Source: Candidatus Thorarchaeota archaeon
GTDB lineage: Archaea > Asgardarchaeota > Thorarchaeia > Thorarchaeales > Thorarchaeaceae
Reading direction: 5' to 3'
Length of the DNA: 57,097 nt
NCBI GenBank assembly: GCA_038893995.1
Contig: JAWAQK010000008.1
Location: 1 to 57,097, forward strand
Below are positions 46,559 to 57,097 of the stretch, in pieces. The notes beneath the pieces were generated by a model. It made no database searches. It had not been told where the DNA came from and saw only the letters and a list, made by a program, of their open reading frames with translations. Position 1 is the first letter of the stretch, and each line of letters starts with the position of its first letter. Made by a program: the position numbers and the translations under genes.

Positions 46559-49461
46559 TTCGCTGGTACCTCCAGTGCACGTTCATGTGTGTCCGAAATG
46601 CCGAGGACTGATCTGAGACAGCGGCCGGTGTATGACGATTCGACGAGTGCAACATCCTCTGGAGTCCCTTCAGCAACGATATAGCCCCCCTTGTCGCCGC
46701 CCTCGGGGCCAAGATCTATCACCCAGTCTGCAGTCTTGATGACATCAAGCTGGTGTTCGATGACCAGGACCGTATTGCCAAGGTCGACCAGCCTATGGAG
46801 CACCTCGAGAAGCTTCTTGATGTCTGCGAAGTGGAGCCCAGTCGTAGGCTCGTCTAGCAGTATCAGGGTCTGACCAGTCGCCGGTCTCGAGAGATACTTG
46901 CTCAGCTTGACACGCTGAGCCTCGCCGCCGCTGAGGGTAGTGGCAGGCTGTCCAAGCTGCACATAGCCCATACCGACTTGTGAGAGTGTTTCAAGCTTCC
47001 TGCGGACACTTGGTACATCCCTGAAGAACTCGAGTGCCTCATCGATCCGCATGGACAACACGTCGGCAATGTTCTTGCCCGCATATCTCACCGACAGAGT
47101 CTCCCTGTTGTAGCGACGACCATTGCACTCGTTGCATACCACCTGAACTGGAGGGAGGAACTGCATCTCGATTGTCTGTACACCTGCGCCCTTGCATGCC
47201 TCGCAACGGCCTCCCTTCACGTTGAAGCTGAAACGGCCTGGACCATACCCTCTGAGACGGGCCTCGGGAGTGTTAGCAAACAGAGTTCTCAGGTCTGTGA
47301 AGAGACCGACGTACGTAGCCGGATTGGAGCGTGGCGTCCTGCCAATCGGGCTCTGGTCAATGATTATGACCTTGTCAAGCTGTTCGGCTCCGACGATCTC
47401 GTCGTGCTCCCCAGGAGTCTCGGTGGACCTGTGAAATCGACGTGCCAGGGCTGGCTGAAGTGTTTCCGATATCAGGCTCGACTTTCCCGAACCACTCACG
47501 CCTGTCACTGCCACGAATAGTCCGAGCGGGATGCGCACGTTGATGTTCTTCAGGTTATGGTGACGTGCACCACGTATCTCTATGTAGCGTCCGTTGGGAC
47601 GCCGCCTGGTGCGTGGGACAGAAATGGACTCCTCTCCACGGAGATACTTTGCTGTCAGAGAGTCCGGTGAACGCATCACCTCCTCCACAGTCCCTGCTGC
47701 AACTACACGTCCACCTTCTGCACCTGCTCTGGGACCAAGGTCAACCAGGTAGTCGGCCGTACGCATGATAGTCTCATCGTGTTCAACCACAATCACGGTG
47801 TTGCCCAGGTCTCTCAGTCGGAGGAGTGACCTCAATAGTCTGAGATTGTCGCGTGGGTGCAGCCCGATGCTCGGTTCGTCGCAGACGTACGTGACGCCGA
47901 CCAGGTTCGAACCAATCTGGCTCGCCAGTCTGATCCTCTGTGCCTCGCCGCCTGCAAGCGAGGGTGCAGGTCGGTCAAGAGTCAGATAATCGAGCCCGAC
48001 CTCAAGAAGGAACTCTAGTCGAGCACGTATCTCTCGGACTATCGGCTCAACAATTGGAGCCTCCTGTGGTGTTATGGTGAGGCTGTCGAAGAATCTCAGG
48101 AGTCCGGATACGGACATCTCATTCAGTTCGACGATGGACTTACCTCTGAACTTCACGGACTGCGACTCTGGACGGAGACGTTTTCCGCCACACTCAGGAC
48201 AGGTCTCGACCCTCATGAATCTCTCAAGGTGTCTCTGGATGTGTGGGGACTGGGTCTCTCTGTAATTTCGTCTGACATATTCGACGAGCCCAGGAAACGG
48301 CCCTCTCTTGGTACCTTCCCACTGGGTCTTATTCGGATCGTCGCCAAAGTGCCAGTGGACCATAAGTTCCTCTGTGCCTGTTCCATACAGTATCTTGTGT
48401 TTCTGTTCTGGAGTGAGGTCCCTGATCGGAGTATTGATGGTGAAACCGTACTTCTCAGCGAGCACCTTCAATGTCTCAGACCGTGCCATCCAGCCGTATG
48501 GTAGAACAGCACCTTCGGCAATGGACCGGTTCTCGTCCAGTAGTAGCGAGGGGTCTACGTCCATCAGCGAGCCGATACCAGTGCATCTCCTGCATGCACC
48601 ATGAGGGGTGTTCCAGGAGAACAGTCGCGGTTCCATCTCTGGAAGATCAATCCCACAGTGGACACACGCGAGCTTGTCTGAGAACAACATGTCACCAGTA
48701 TCTGTTGCGACCGTGACGACGCCTCCCGCCATGCGGACTGCGGTCTCGATGGCCTCAGAGATGCGATCCCGCTGGTCTGGACCGACCTCTACTCTGTCCA
48801 CGACCACCTCGATTGTGTGCTCAAAGTAGCGGTCCAGCGACATCCCTTCTCTCAGTTCAGTCATTGTCCCATCCACACGGGCCCGGACGAATCCCTTTCG
48901 GAGTAGCTCCCTGAACTCCTTTCTGTATTCTCCCTTCCGTCCTCTGACTATGGGTGCCATTATGTGGATCTTGGAACCGGGCTTGAGTGTCAATACACGG
49001 TCTACCATCTGCTGAACGGTCTGGGGCTCGATTATGCGGCCACATCTCGGACAGTGAGGAGTGCCGACTCTGGCATATAGCAGCCTGAGGTAGTCGTAGA
49101 TCTCTGTGATAGTGCCAACCGTACTCCGAGGGTTGTGACCTGCACTCTTCTGGTCGATTGAGATGGACGGGGAGAGACCAGAGATGAAATCGACCTTTGG
49201 CTTCTCGAGCATCCCTAGGAACTGACGCGCGTACGCGGAGAGAGATTCGATGAACCTTCGTTGACCCTCTGCAAAGATTGTGTCAAACACAAGGGACGAT
49301 TTCCCGCTGCCGGAGACTCCTGTGACCACCACGAACTTGTTTCTAGGTATCTCGACATCTATGCCGCGTAGATTGTGCTCCGATGCACCCTTCACGACAA
49401 TCGCGCGGACTGTGTTCTCATCTGTCCTCGGTGGTCCTGCGTCTGCAGTGGCAACAGTCAT
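46555..49461 (-). CDS. uvrA: Excinuclease ABC subunit A, first paralog
   Basis: Two ABC modules (GVSGSGKS x2, [16 protein letters not shown]), Zn fingers, [19 protein letters not shown]. Confidence 0.95.
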   Translation of the reverse strand: MTVATADAGPPRTDENTVRAIVVKGASEHNLRGIDVEIPRNKFVVVTGVSGSGKSSLVFDTIFAEGQRRFIESLSAYARQFLGMLEKPKVDFISGLSPSISIDQKSAGHNPRSTVGTITEIYDYLRLLYARVGTPHCPRCGRIIEPQTVQQMVDRVLTLKPGSKIHIMAPIVRGRKGEYRKEFRELLRKGFVRARVDGTMTELREGMSLDRYFEHTIEVVVDRVEVGPDQRDRISEAIETAVRMAGGVVTVATDTGDMLFSDKLACVHCGIDLPEMEPRLFSWNTPHGACRRCTGIGSLMDVDPSLLLDENRSIAEGAVLPYGWMARSETLKVLAEKYGFTINTPIRDLTPEQKHKILYGTGTEELMVHWHFGDDPNKTQWEGTKRGPFPGLVEYVRRNYRETQSPHIQRHLERFMRVETCPECGGKRLRPESQSVKFRGKSIVELNEMSVSGLLRFFDSLTITPQEAPIVEPIVREIRARLEFLLEVGLDYLTLDRPAPSLAGGEAQRIRLASQIGSNLVGVTYVCDEPSIGLHPRDNLRLLRSLLRLRDLGNTVIVVEHDETIMRTADYLVDLGPRAGAEGGRVVAAGTVEEVMRSPDSLTAKYLRGEESISVPRTRRRPNGRYIEIRGARHHNLKNINVRIPLGLFVAVTGVSGSGKSSLISETLQPALARRFHRSTETPGEHDEIVGAEQLDKVIIIDQSPIGRTPRSNPATYVGLFTDLRTLFANTPEARLRGYGPGRFSFNVKGGRCEACKGAGVQTIEMQFLPPVQVVCNECNGRRYNRETLSVRYAGKNIADVLSMRIDEALEFFRDVPSVRRKLETLSQVGMGYVQLGQPATTLSGGEAQRVKLSKYLSRPATGQTLILLDEPTTGLHFADIKKLLEVLHRLVDLGNTVLVIEHQLDVIKTADWVIDLGPEGGDKGGYIVAEGTPEDVALVESSYTGRCLRSVLGISDTHERALEVPAK

Positions 49462-51431
49462 GGTTCATCCTCCAGTAACGCCTTGAGCTCTTGTATCTGG
49501 TCTCGGATCTCTGCAGCTCTCTCGAACTCCATCTGTCTTGCAGCTTCCCGCATATCCACCTCTAGGGCGACAATCAATTCCCGAAGACTCTCACGGTCGG
49601 TGACTGACTCCGTAATCTTCGAGTCCCTCGTCCTCGACTCCATGCCCTCTGTGATGTCATGGACACTCTTCACTATCGATCTCGGAGTGATGCCATGTTC
49701 CTGATTGTACCTCAGCTGATAGCTGCGACGCCTGTTTGTCTCATCGATGGCCGCACGCATGGCAGTCGAAACATGATCTGCGTAGAGGAGTACGCGTCCG
49801 TTCACGTTCCTCGCTGCCCGGCCCATCGTCTGAATGAGCGCCCATTCGCTGCGGAGGAAGCCCTCCTTGTCGGCATCCAGAATGGCCACAAGCGACACCT
49901 CTGGCAGATCCAGGCCCTCCCGGAGCAGGTTTACTCCAACGAGCACGTCGAATTTCCCGAGTCGGAGATCCCGGATGATCTCAATCCGCTCCACGGTGCC
50001 GATGTCTGAATGCAGGTAGCGGGCCCTCACACCCGACTGAAGGAGGTACTCAGACAACATCTCGGCAGTCTTCTTTGTGAGAGTAGTCACAAGGACTCTC
50101 TCATTCCTGTCCGTCGCAGCCCGTATCTCACGAAACAGATCATCCATCTGGCCAAAGACTGGCCGAACATGTACCTCTGGGTCGACCAGCCCAGTTGGTC
50201 GGACGAGCTGCTCTACTATCTGTTGGCTGTGTCGACTCTCGTAAGGTCCTGGTGTCGCGCTCGTGTAGATGACATGTCGCATGAACTCTCTGAACTCATC
50301 CCACCTCAGGGGACGGTTGTCGAATGCCGACGGAAGCCTGAAGCCATAATCGACCAGGTTCTTCTTGCGGGACATGTCCCCGGCATACATCCCGCGTATC
50401 TGAGGCAGGGTCATATGGCTCTCGTCGATTATCATCAGAAAGTCTTCAGGGAAGTAGTCTAGAAGAGTGTAGGGTCTCTGTCCCGGCTCTCTTCCGTCTA
50501 TGTGTCGGGAGTAGTTCTCAACCCCCGCGCATGAACCGGTCTCACGAAGCAGCTCCATGTCATATCGGGTCCGCCTTTCGAGTCTCTCAGCCTCGACAAG
50601 CTTTCCCTGGCTCCTGAACCATTCGACCCGTTCTCTCATCTCCTGCTCGATCGACTCTATAGCCCTCAGGACCCTCTCATGTCGTGCCACATGGTGCCGC
50701 GCGGGCCAGAGGACATGCCAGTCTCCCTCCCAGGTCCTGCGCATTGCCAGAGGCTCGAAAGTCGATAGACGCTCTATGGCATTGCCATCCAGCTCCACCC
50801 GGAGGACCTCGTTCGAATAACCGGGGAATATGTCTATCACGTCACCTCGCGCCCTGAAATGGCCAGGACTAATCTCCGTATCATTGCGTTCGTACTGCAT
50901 CGATACGAGCCTCTGGAGGAGATCACGTCTGTCTACCCTCATCCCGCGTTCCAGGTTTAGAGTGAGCATTCTGTATTCCTCGGGATCTCCCAGACCGTAG
51001 ATGCACGATACGGACGCGACCACAACAACGTCTTCGCGAGTCATCAGCGAATGGGTGGCAGAATTCCGGAGTCGTTCGATCTCGGCATTGATGTCGGTCT
51101 CCTTCTCGATGTAGAGATCCTTGCTGGGATTGTATGACTCAGGCAGGTAGTAGTCGTAGTATGAGACGAAGTATTCCACCGCTGCATCAGGGAGGAATCG
51201 TCTGTACTCTGCCACAAGCTGAGCAGCAAGTGTCTTGTTGTGCGAGATGACTATAGTGGGTCGACCATACTCGGCGATCACGTTTGCCATAGTGAAGGTC
51301 TTGCCCGAACCCGTGACCCCTAGCAGTGTCTGCTCTCTGAGTCCAGACCTGAGCCCCTCTACCAGTCTTCTTATGGCCTCCGGTTGATCACCGGTGGGCT
51401 GGAACGGAGATATGAGCCGAAATTGGGCCAT
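49458..51431 (-). CDS. uvrB: Excinuclease ABC subunit B
   Basis: [21 protein letters not shown] beta-hairpin, DESH, GRAARN, C-terminal UVR domain. Confidence 0.97.
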   Translation of the reverse strand: MAQFRLISPFQPTGDQPEAIRRLVEGLRSGLREQTLLGVTGSGKTFTMANVIAEYGRPTIVISHNKTLAAQLVAEYRRFLPDAAVEYFVSYYDYYLPESYNPSKDLYIEKETDINAEIERLRNSATHSLMTREDVVVVASVSCIYGLGDPEEYRMLTLNLERGMRVDRRDLLQRLVSMQYERNDTEISPGHFRARGDVIDIFPGYSNEVLRVELDGNAIERLSTFEPLAMRRTWEGDWHVLWPARHHVARHERVLRAIESIEQEMRERVEWFRSQGKLVEAERLERRTRYDMELLRETGSCAGVENYSRHIDGREPGQRPYTLLDYFPEDFLMIIDESHMTLPQIRGMYAGDMSRKKNLVDYGFRLPSAFDNRPLRWDEFREFMRHVIYTSATPGPYESRHSQQIVEQLVRPTGLVDPEVHVRPVFGQMDDLFREIRAATDRNERVLVTTLTKKTAEMLSEYLLQSGVRARYLHSDIGTVERIEIIRDLRLGKFDVLVGVNLLREGLDLPEVSLVAILDADKEGFLRSEWALIQTMGRAARNVNGRVLLYADHVSTAMRAAIDETNRRRSYQLRYNQEHGITPRSIVKSVHDITEGMESRTRDSKITESVTDRESLRELIVALEVDMREAARQMEFERAAEIRDQIQELKALLEDEP

Positions 51432-51685
51432 GTCAACTCCTCAACGGTCGGGTCAAATCTCAGAATCAACTATATCTTTGTGGTGTGGCAAGGCACGGAT
51501 TCTCCTCCGAGGTGGATGATACCTGTTGCCTGGCCTCTGTGTCCTATTGAACGCACAGGTGACGAGGGAGGAGATTGTAGAAAGTATTCATGCATTCGTG
51601 AGATAAGAGCCACCCCCTGTCGATCGCTAGGTTGCAGACATGCAGCTTGCGACGCCGGACCGACCCCGATGAGCTCACCATCTCA

Positions 51686-52921
51686 TCACGCTGGTTCAAT
51701 CAAGGATTCCCATTCCTGGTGACACTTGAGCTGCGCCTTGAGTATCAGATCCTCCGCCTTCTCGCGACCCAGTGCCTCTGTGAGCTCGTCCTGCAGCCGA
51801 TCCTGGATGAACAGTAGTGCCGCACGGAGGTCATCGAGGTCCATGGGACTCATGGTGTCATCCAGTCTACAACGCAGATTGAAGTCGCTATCGACACTGA
51901 CCCGGCCGATCCATGGATGGCTCTTGCAACCCTGTTTCATGGCGGTCCTGAGCAGAGACGTCGTCCTCTGGACACCCAGGAACTTGCTGGATGCAGAGAG
52001 GAGGGAGGAGAGAATGCACTCATTCATGAATAGTAATACTCGCTCGTAGGGCTCGCGCTGAATGTAGCCCCGATTCAGGAGTATACCCAGTTCTCTGAGC
52101 GTAGCATTTCTATCAGACGGACTAGCGATCTCAAGAAGATGCGCAAGGTCTGTTCGTCCATCCATCATTGACACAACCAGTACTGTGTCACTACTGAGGT
52201 CTATCGGGTTGTTCCGTTTCAGTAAGATGCTCGATGCCCCCTCCGATAGCGAGAGAATGTCGTTGTCAGATGGTACGTAGATCAACGATGCAAGCTGGTT
52301 CCATACGGCCTCTGATACTGCCTCGATGACCTTCTTCAGCGGGAGACCACTATTGGCAGAGATCTTATCGAGGGGAGTGCCGCTCTCACAGTACGTCAGG
52401 AGCTTCACAACCTCAAACGATGGGGGCTTCCCCAGCATCCGAGACCTCTCGACCCAGCTGTCGGTCTTGATCAGGATAGACCGGTCTGATATCCGGTTTC
52501 CCACGAACTGCTGACGGACGATCTTGTCGAACTCCTCATACGCACCCCCCTCGATGCAGTCCACGTCCCGCATGTACTCAAAGTCGTTCTCGAACTGCTT
52601 TACGATGCTTCGAAGCTTGCTACGCAGCTCAATCGTGACCCTTGATACAGCCAGAACGCCGACCATCCACTCGCCCTGTTCAACAATCAGCGAGAGGTCA
52701 CTCCCGTACTCGGTCCTCCACGACTTCTCTGCTGAACCAAGGGCCTCGCGCATGAACGACAGGATTGCAGAGACGAATCCTGACAGTACCTGGACGTCCA
52801 TCATGGTGGGAACGAATGCGTGAGAGTATGGAGCAAGACCGTGTCTCACGTTGAACAGAAATAGTACCTTCTCGTTGGTGAGGTCATCTGGGGAGATATG
52901 TCCGATATCAGTGACATCCAC
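51686..52921 (-). CDS. Longin domain + tandem winged-helix protein (NPRL2-like architecture)
   Basis: LFLFN..HGL..YS / LSGFVSAILSFMRE longin pattern; two wHTH-like segments. Confidence 0.6.
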   Translation of the reverse strand: MDVTDIGHISPDDLTNEKVLFLFNVRHGLAPYSHAFVPTMMDVQVLSGFVSAILSFMREALGSAEKSWRTEYGSDLSLIVEQGEWMVGVLAVSRVTIELRSKLRSIVKQFENDFEYMRDVDCIEGGAYEEFDKIVRQQFVGNRISDRSILIKTDSWVERSRMLGKPPSFEVVKLLTYCESGTPLDKISANSGLPLKKVIEAVSEAVWNQLASLIYVPSDNDILSLSEGASSILLKRNNPIDLSSDTVLVVSMMDGRTDLAHLLEIASPSDRNATLRELGILLNRGYIQREPYERVLLFMNECILSSLLSASSKFLGVQRTTSLLRTAMKQGCKSHPWIGRVSVDSDFNLRCRLDDTMSPMDLDDLRAALLFIQDRLQDELTEALGREKAEDLILKAQLKCHQEWESLIEPA

Positions 52922-53115
52922 GATCTACCAATGCCTCCACGAGGCTCTACCCCTGACGGGTCACCATGGCCGAATACTTCCAAATCAATGTTGCTGGTAC
53001 TCGGACGGGCCCGATGCCGGCACCAGATGACGCAGTGGTCCGGACATGTTCCTATATGTATTCAACCACATGGTCCCGTCCATGGGGCCTTACCAAGCAT
53101 CCACTGGCATTCTGA

Positions 53116-53940
53116 CTATATGACCACAAGGAAGTAGTAGTAGTACAGTCCCAGTAGGGAGAACCCAATCAATAGCAGCAGAGAGGCATTTGCCTGTAAC
53201 CATGACTTCGCATGTCTCTTGGGTACCTTGAACGGTCCCAGTGGCTTCAGCCCGGTCGGTGCACTGTCCAATGGACTGAGCACCCGCCACAGTAGTTCCC
53301 ACGGGTTTGCATTGGATGGATAGATGTCCAACAGGAGATGTGAGGCATATCCGATAAAGAAGAACGCCATGATATACAGCTCCGTAGGGGCAACAAAGGT
53401 CTCCAGCTGCCCCAGGGTACTGGTGACCACCATGTAGACGAGTCGGAGAAGAGTGGGTGTGACTATTACCAGTGGCAACAGAAATGAGTGAAACACAATA
53501 TTGCGATGTCTCTCAAGTCCGAGGAATGGGATGTCCCAGTCTGGCAGCAGAGCTCCAATCAGGACACTCATAGAGCCGACAAAGAGCGACACATTTCCTG
53601 CGACCTGTATGTCGTAGACCCACTGGTGGATCACGCATGCACCCATTGAGCCGATGAAGAAACTGACGAACAGGGTTGAAAGGACTGCACCGGTATTGCC
53701 AACACTCCGTCCCTCTTTCTGTGACCACCTGTCCCTCGCCTTGCCACGTACCCTCATTCCGAAGACTGTGAGCACAATGACCGACATGACGAGCCCCCCG
53801 CCAACAGAGTACAGCAGGAGGGTCGTGAGTGGGTGACCCGACAGGTAGACTGTCACGGTGTATATCCCTGCGTAGATAGCGACAAAGAGTGCAAATGCAA
53901 ACACTATGTGTGATAACTGGTTCATCAAGTCATCTCCCAA
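53116..53940 (-). CDS. Membrane-bound metal-dependent hydrolase (YdjM-like)
   Basis: N-terminal SH, LLPDWD, HRN..FHS, SHLLLD within multiple TM segments. Confidence 0.75.
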   Translation of the reverse strand: MGDDLMNQLSHIVFAFALFVAIYAGIYTVTVYLSGHPLTTLLLYSVGGGLVMSVIVLTVFGMRVRGKARDRWSQKEGRSVGNTGAVLSTLFVSFFIGSMGACVIHQWVYDIQVAGNVSLFVGSMSVLIGALLPDWDIPFLGLERHRNIVFHSFLLPLVIVTPTLLRLVYMVVTSTLGQLETFVAPTELYIMAFFFIGYASHLLLDIYPSNANPWELLWRVLSPLDSAPTGLKPLGPFKVPKRHAKSWLQANASLLLLIGFSLLGLYYYYFLVVI

Positions 53941-54197
53941 TGGCCAGAAGCAAGTGTTCCAGCCTGCTTGGCCTTACTGCCTATTGAATAAATCGGGGAT
54001 GTCAACTACCAGCATCTCATCATCCTTGGACTATCTCCTACCAAGTCGGTCTTGCCAAATCGAGTGGAGGAACATGGATCCGCAGCAACGGGCTCAGATG
54101 GTTGATCGGCGACCACGCCGAGAACCAAGAGAGGCAGGGGCACCATAATGTTTTCAAGAGCAATTTGCTCCGGGAAGCTGAGGAGGTAGCCCACCAC

Positions 54198-55730
54198 ATG
54201 CCTGACGACTACGACTGGGTCGGTGACTGGTCAGGACGACGCGCGATGCTGACACCAGAACGTGAGGCATTCTACGACAACATCGAGAAGAAACGATACA
54301 CGTACCTTCAGGTTGATCAACGTGCCAATCAGATGGCCAATGTCCTGACACAGAGGGGAATTCAGAAGGGGGATCGTGTTGCAGTCTACTCCAAGAACAG
54401 ATTCGACTACTTGGACCTGTTCTTTGCGTGCGGAAAGATTGGAGCGATACTGGTACCATTTAACGTGAGACTATCGAAGCGCGAAGTGGACTATCTGATG
54501 AAGAAGGTCAAGCCAAAGGTAGTCCTGTATGATCCAAACTTGAAGGGCCCGTTCGAGGAAGTCAGGAGAGAAATGAAGGCGATTGACGTACTTGTGATGG
54601 GCGACAGAGATGACAACGGTGTCCCAGCGACCAGACAGCTGATGAGGGAGTCACCAGACAGGCTTGCTGAGAAGCCAAGACTCTCGCTGGACGATCCTTA
54701 CCTCATTGTCTTCACTGGAGGAACGACCGGACTGCCCAAGGGAGCCATCCTCTCGCACCGGCTCGTCTTCTGGAACTCGGTGAATACCATCACATCTTGG
54801 GGTCTGAGACCGGACGATGTCGAACCGCTGCTGTTTCCCCTCTTCCACACCGGTGGGTGGAATGTGCTTCTAGTCCCAATGGTCCATCTCGGCGGCAAGA
54901 CAATAATCATGGGTGACTTCGACCCCGAGGAGACCCTGAGAGTCATCGAGTCTGAACGTGCAACAATAGTCATCGGTGTCCCAACCATGTTCCAGATGAT
55001 CGCGGAATCGCCCAAGTTCCGCAGCACAGACCTCAGTTCAGTCAGGATATTCATCAGTGGCGGAGCCCCATGTCCCGTTGCCATCATGGAGAAGTACTGG
55101 GCAATCGGCAAGGACTTCAAGATGGGCTACGGACTGACGGAGGTCGGACCGAACAACTTCTATCTCCCAGAGCGTGAGATACGTCGGAAACCGAGCAGCG
55201 TTGGCTTTCCTGTGTTGCACTGCGATATGAAGGTGGTTGATGACGAGATGAGACCAGTGAGGCCTGGCGAGGTCGGAGAGCTGATGTTGCGCGGACCTCA
55301 CATATTCAGCGGCTACTGGGATGATCCAGAGGAGACTGCAAAGACAATAGAACCGGACGGATGGGTACACACTGGCGATCTTGCAGTAGTAGACTCTGAG
55401 GGCTTCTACTCCATAGTGGGACGAAAGAAGGACATGTTCATCTCAGGTGGAGAGAACGTCTATCCGACCGAGATCGAGGAGGTCCTGTACCAGCATCCGA
55501 AGATCCTCGAGGCTGCGGTAGTGGGAATACCAGATCCGAAGTGGGGCGAGGTCGGTAAGGCCTTCATTGTCCTCAAGCCTGGTCAGAGTTCAACCGAGGC
55601 GGAGATCAGGTCATTCCTTGAGGGGAAGCTTGCCCGCTACAAGATACCAAAGGTCTATGAGTTCCTTGATTCCCTCCCAAAGAGTGCAGCTGGCAAGATA
55701 CTCAAGAGGGCCCTGCAGTCGACTGGTTGA
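54198..55730 (+). CDS. Long-chain acyl-CoA synthetase (AMP-forming)
   Basis: FTGGTTGLPKG, PLFHTGG, GYGLTE, HTGD, GRKKDMFISGGENVYP, GKILK. Confidence 0.92.
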   Translation: MPDDYDWVGDWSGRRAMLTPEREAFYDNIEKKRYTYLQVDQRANQMANVLTQRGIQKGDRVAVYSKNRFDYLDLFFACGKIGAILVPFNVRLSKREVDYLMKKVKPKVVLYDPNLKGPFEEVRREMKAIDVLVMGDRDDNGVPATRQLMRESPDRLAEKPRLSLDDPYLIVFTGGTTGLPKGAILSHRLVFWNSVNTITSWGLRPDDVEPLLFPLFHTGGWNVLLVPMVHLGGKTIIMGDFDPEETLRVIESERATIVIGVPTMFQMIAESPKFRSTDLSSVRIFISGGAPCPVAIMEKYWAIGKDFKMGYGLTEVGPNNFYLPEREIRRKPSSVGFPVLHCDMKVVDDEMRPVRPGEVGELMLRGPHIFSGYWDDPEETAKTIEPDGWVHTGDLAVVDSEGFYSIVGRKKDMFISGGENVYPTEIEEVLYQHPKILEAAVVGIPDPKWGEVGKAFIVLKPGQSSTEAEIRSFLEGKLARYKIPKVYEFLDSLPKSAAGKILKRALQSTG

Positions 55731-55789
55731 CTAGTCATTCCATACGTGGTATGTCGGTATCGTATCGTGTCTGCCAGGGGTGAAATACA

Positions 55790-56818
55790 GTGCTAGTAGG
55801 AATCGAATCAATCGGGGTGTATATCCCCCCAGAGCGACACACAGCCGAGTACATCTCAAGGATGTCCGGGACGCCCGTAGAAATCCTGCTCACAAAGATG
55901 GGACTCAAGAGCAAGGCGGTCCCTGGTCCTGATGACCACACTGTAGCAATGGGCGTGAAGGCATCAAAGATTGCCATAGAGAGGGCGGGTATTGACCCCT
56001 CGACCGACATCGATCTCGTAATATGGGCGGGAGAGGTCTATGCTGAGCACCCGATGCAGACCTACGGAATCAAGCTCCAGAACGAGGTGGGTGCAAACAG
56101 GGCGTGGGCCTTCGATGTCAATCAGAGATGCGGAACGTTTGTCGTGGCGATGATGATCGCGAAGGCATTGATGCACACCGAGGGGTATCGTAGGGTGCTC
56201 ATAGCGAGTGGCTACCGAAACTGCGACCTCATCGACTACTCCAACATCCGTACGAGATTCATGCACGACCTCGCAGCCAGCGGAGTGGCGATGATACTCA
56301 AGGCCAATCACGACAGGAACATAGTCCTGGAGGGGGCAGTCATATCGGATGGTCAGTTCTCGGAGGATGTCTACGTGCCTGCCGGGGGCACTGTAATGCC
56401 TATCAGCTGTGAGGCCATTGAGAAGAGACTCCACTATCTCGATGTCAGAGACCCCGAGGGGCTCAAGGAACGTCTGGACAGACTGTCCATGAGTAACTTC
56501 ATCAAGGTCATTGATGAGTCTCTGAACAAGAGCGGCTACACGAGAGCAGACCTGAGATACCTCGGTCTCATCAGGATGAAGAGAAGTGCCTTTGAGTACG
56601 TTGCAAGAGAGGTTGGCATCGATCCGTATCGGCAGTCCACCTACTTCGAGGAGTGGGGGCACATGGGTCAGAATGATGCAGTTGTGTCACTCGAGGAGGG
56701 ACTCAAGGCGGGTAAGATCCATGATGGCGATATTGTCGTCTTGACAGCGGCGGGGATCGGATGGTCATGGAATGCCATCACAGTCAGATGGGGGAAGGAG
56801 GCAGGAGCGAGGACATGA
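55790..56818 (+). CDS. 3-oxoacyl-ACP synthase III (FabH)-like thiolase-fold condensing enzyme
   Basis: GVYIP, AFDVNQRC (catalytic Cys), WGHMG, AAGIGWSW. Confidence 0.85.
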   Translation: MLVGIESIGVYIPPERHTAEYISRMSGTPVEILLTKMGLKSKAVPGPDDHTVAMGVKASKIAIERAGIDPSTDIDLVIWAGEVYAEHPMQTYGIKLQNEVGANRAWAFDVNQRCGTFVVAMMIAKALMHTEGYRRVLIASGYRNCDLIDYSNIRTRFMHDLAASGVAMILKANHDRNIVLEGAVISDGQFSEDVYVPAGGTVMPISCEAIEKRLHYLDVRDPEGLKERLDRLSMSNFIKVIDESLNKSGYTRADLRYLGLIRMKRSAFEYVAREVGIDPYRQSTYFEEWGHMGQNDAVVSLEEGLKAGKIHDGDIVVLTAAGIGWSWNAITVRWGKEAGART

Positions 56819-57097
56819 ATGTCAGAAAGTACGCGGATATCAAGGTCGGAGAACATGCAGAATATGTACACAGGGTCACAGAGGAGGACATCAAGACCTT
56901 CGGAAGACTCAGCGGAGACATGAATCCCCTGCACTTTGACGAGGAATGGGCAAAGAAGACCATGTTTGGAGGACGCATAGCTCACGGTGTGCTGACAGCC
57001 TCGTTCATAAGTACCGTCATTGGAATGAAGCTGCCAGGACCTGGCACCGTGTACATCTCGCAGCAGATGAGATTCCTGAAGCCCGTCCGGATAGGGG
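56815..57097 (+). CDS. MaoC/PhaJ-like (R)-enoyl-CoA hydratase, partial (runs off window end)
   Basis: Manual translation MNVRKYADIKVG...FGRLSGDMNPLHFDEEWA..T.FGGRIAHG...LPGPGT...RFLKPVRIG; ATGA overlap with the upstream stop. Confidence 0.9.
   Translation, partial: MNVRKYADIKVGEHAEYVHRVTEEDIKTFGRLSGDMNPLHFDEEWAKKTMFGGRIAHGVLTASFISTVIGMKLPGPGTVYISQQMRFLKPVRIG

Noticed and set aside
43682-49461. uvrA duplication as an assembly artefact
   Set aside because: The two copies differ extensively in protein and DNA sequence and are joined by a clean 4-bp stop/start overlap
1-57097. CRISPR arrays, tRNA/rRNA genes, transposases/integrases, defence islands
   Set aside because: No regularly spaced direct repeats, cloverleaf/T-loop motifs or mobile-element protein motifs were recognised

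Overview
Gene-dense (~55% GC) archaeal chromosomal segment. Its content points to an Asgard archaeon, most likely Thorarchaeia-like (inference): archaeal-type IorAB, geranylgeranyl reductase, TrmB-like regulators, longin/roadblock proteins and Rab-like and MglA-like small GTPases. I can support about 50 CDSs and found no rRNA, tRNA, CRISPR array or mobile element. Housekeeping and metabolic blocks are a sulfonate/nitrate-type ABC transporter, iorAB, a 2-oxoacid/acetoin dehydrogenase E1a-E1b-E2-lplA operon, cobO plus a B12-dependent acyl-CoA mutase, an APC permease-Lrp-USP operon, uvrB-uvrA-uvrA-uvrC, and an acyl-CoA ligase/KASIII-like/MaoC cluster. The most notable items are: (1) a cytoplasmic 7-bladed FG-GAP beta-propeller + Ig-like domain fused to a Rab-like GTPase (BBSome/KICSTOR-like architecture); (2) an archaeal carrier-protein system (AcpS, FkbH, ACP, a Pls-like membrane beta-helix acyltransferase and an apparently circularly permuted deacetylase) that could transfer glyceryl groups to a surface acceptor; (3) an NPRL2-like longin-wHTH protein; (4) two translationally coupled, divergent UvrA paralogs; (5) a ~270-nt strongly base-paired intergenic element upstream of an MglA-like GTPase; (6) a mutase with isobutyryl-CoA-mutase specificity residues. 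All calls come from motif reading by eye; no searches were run.
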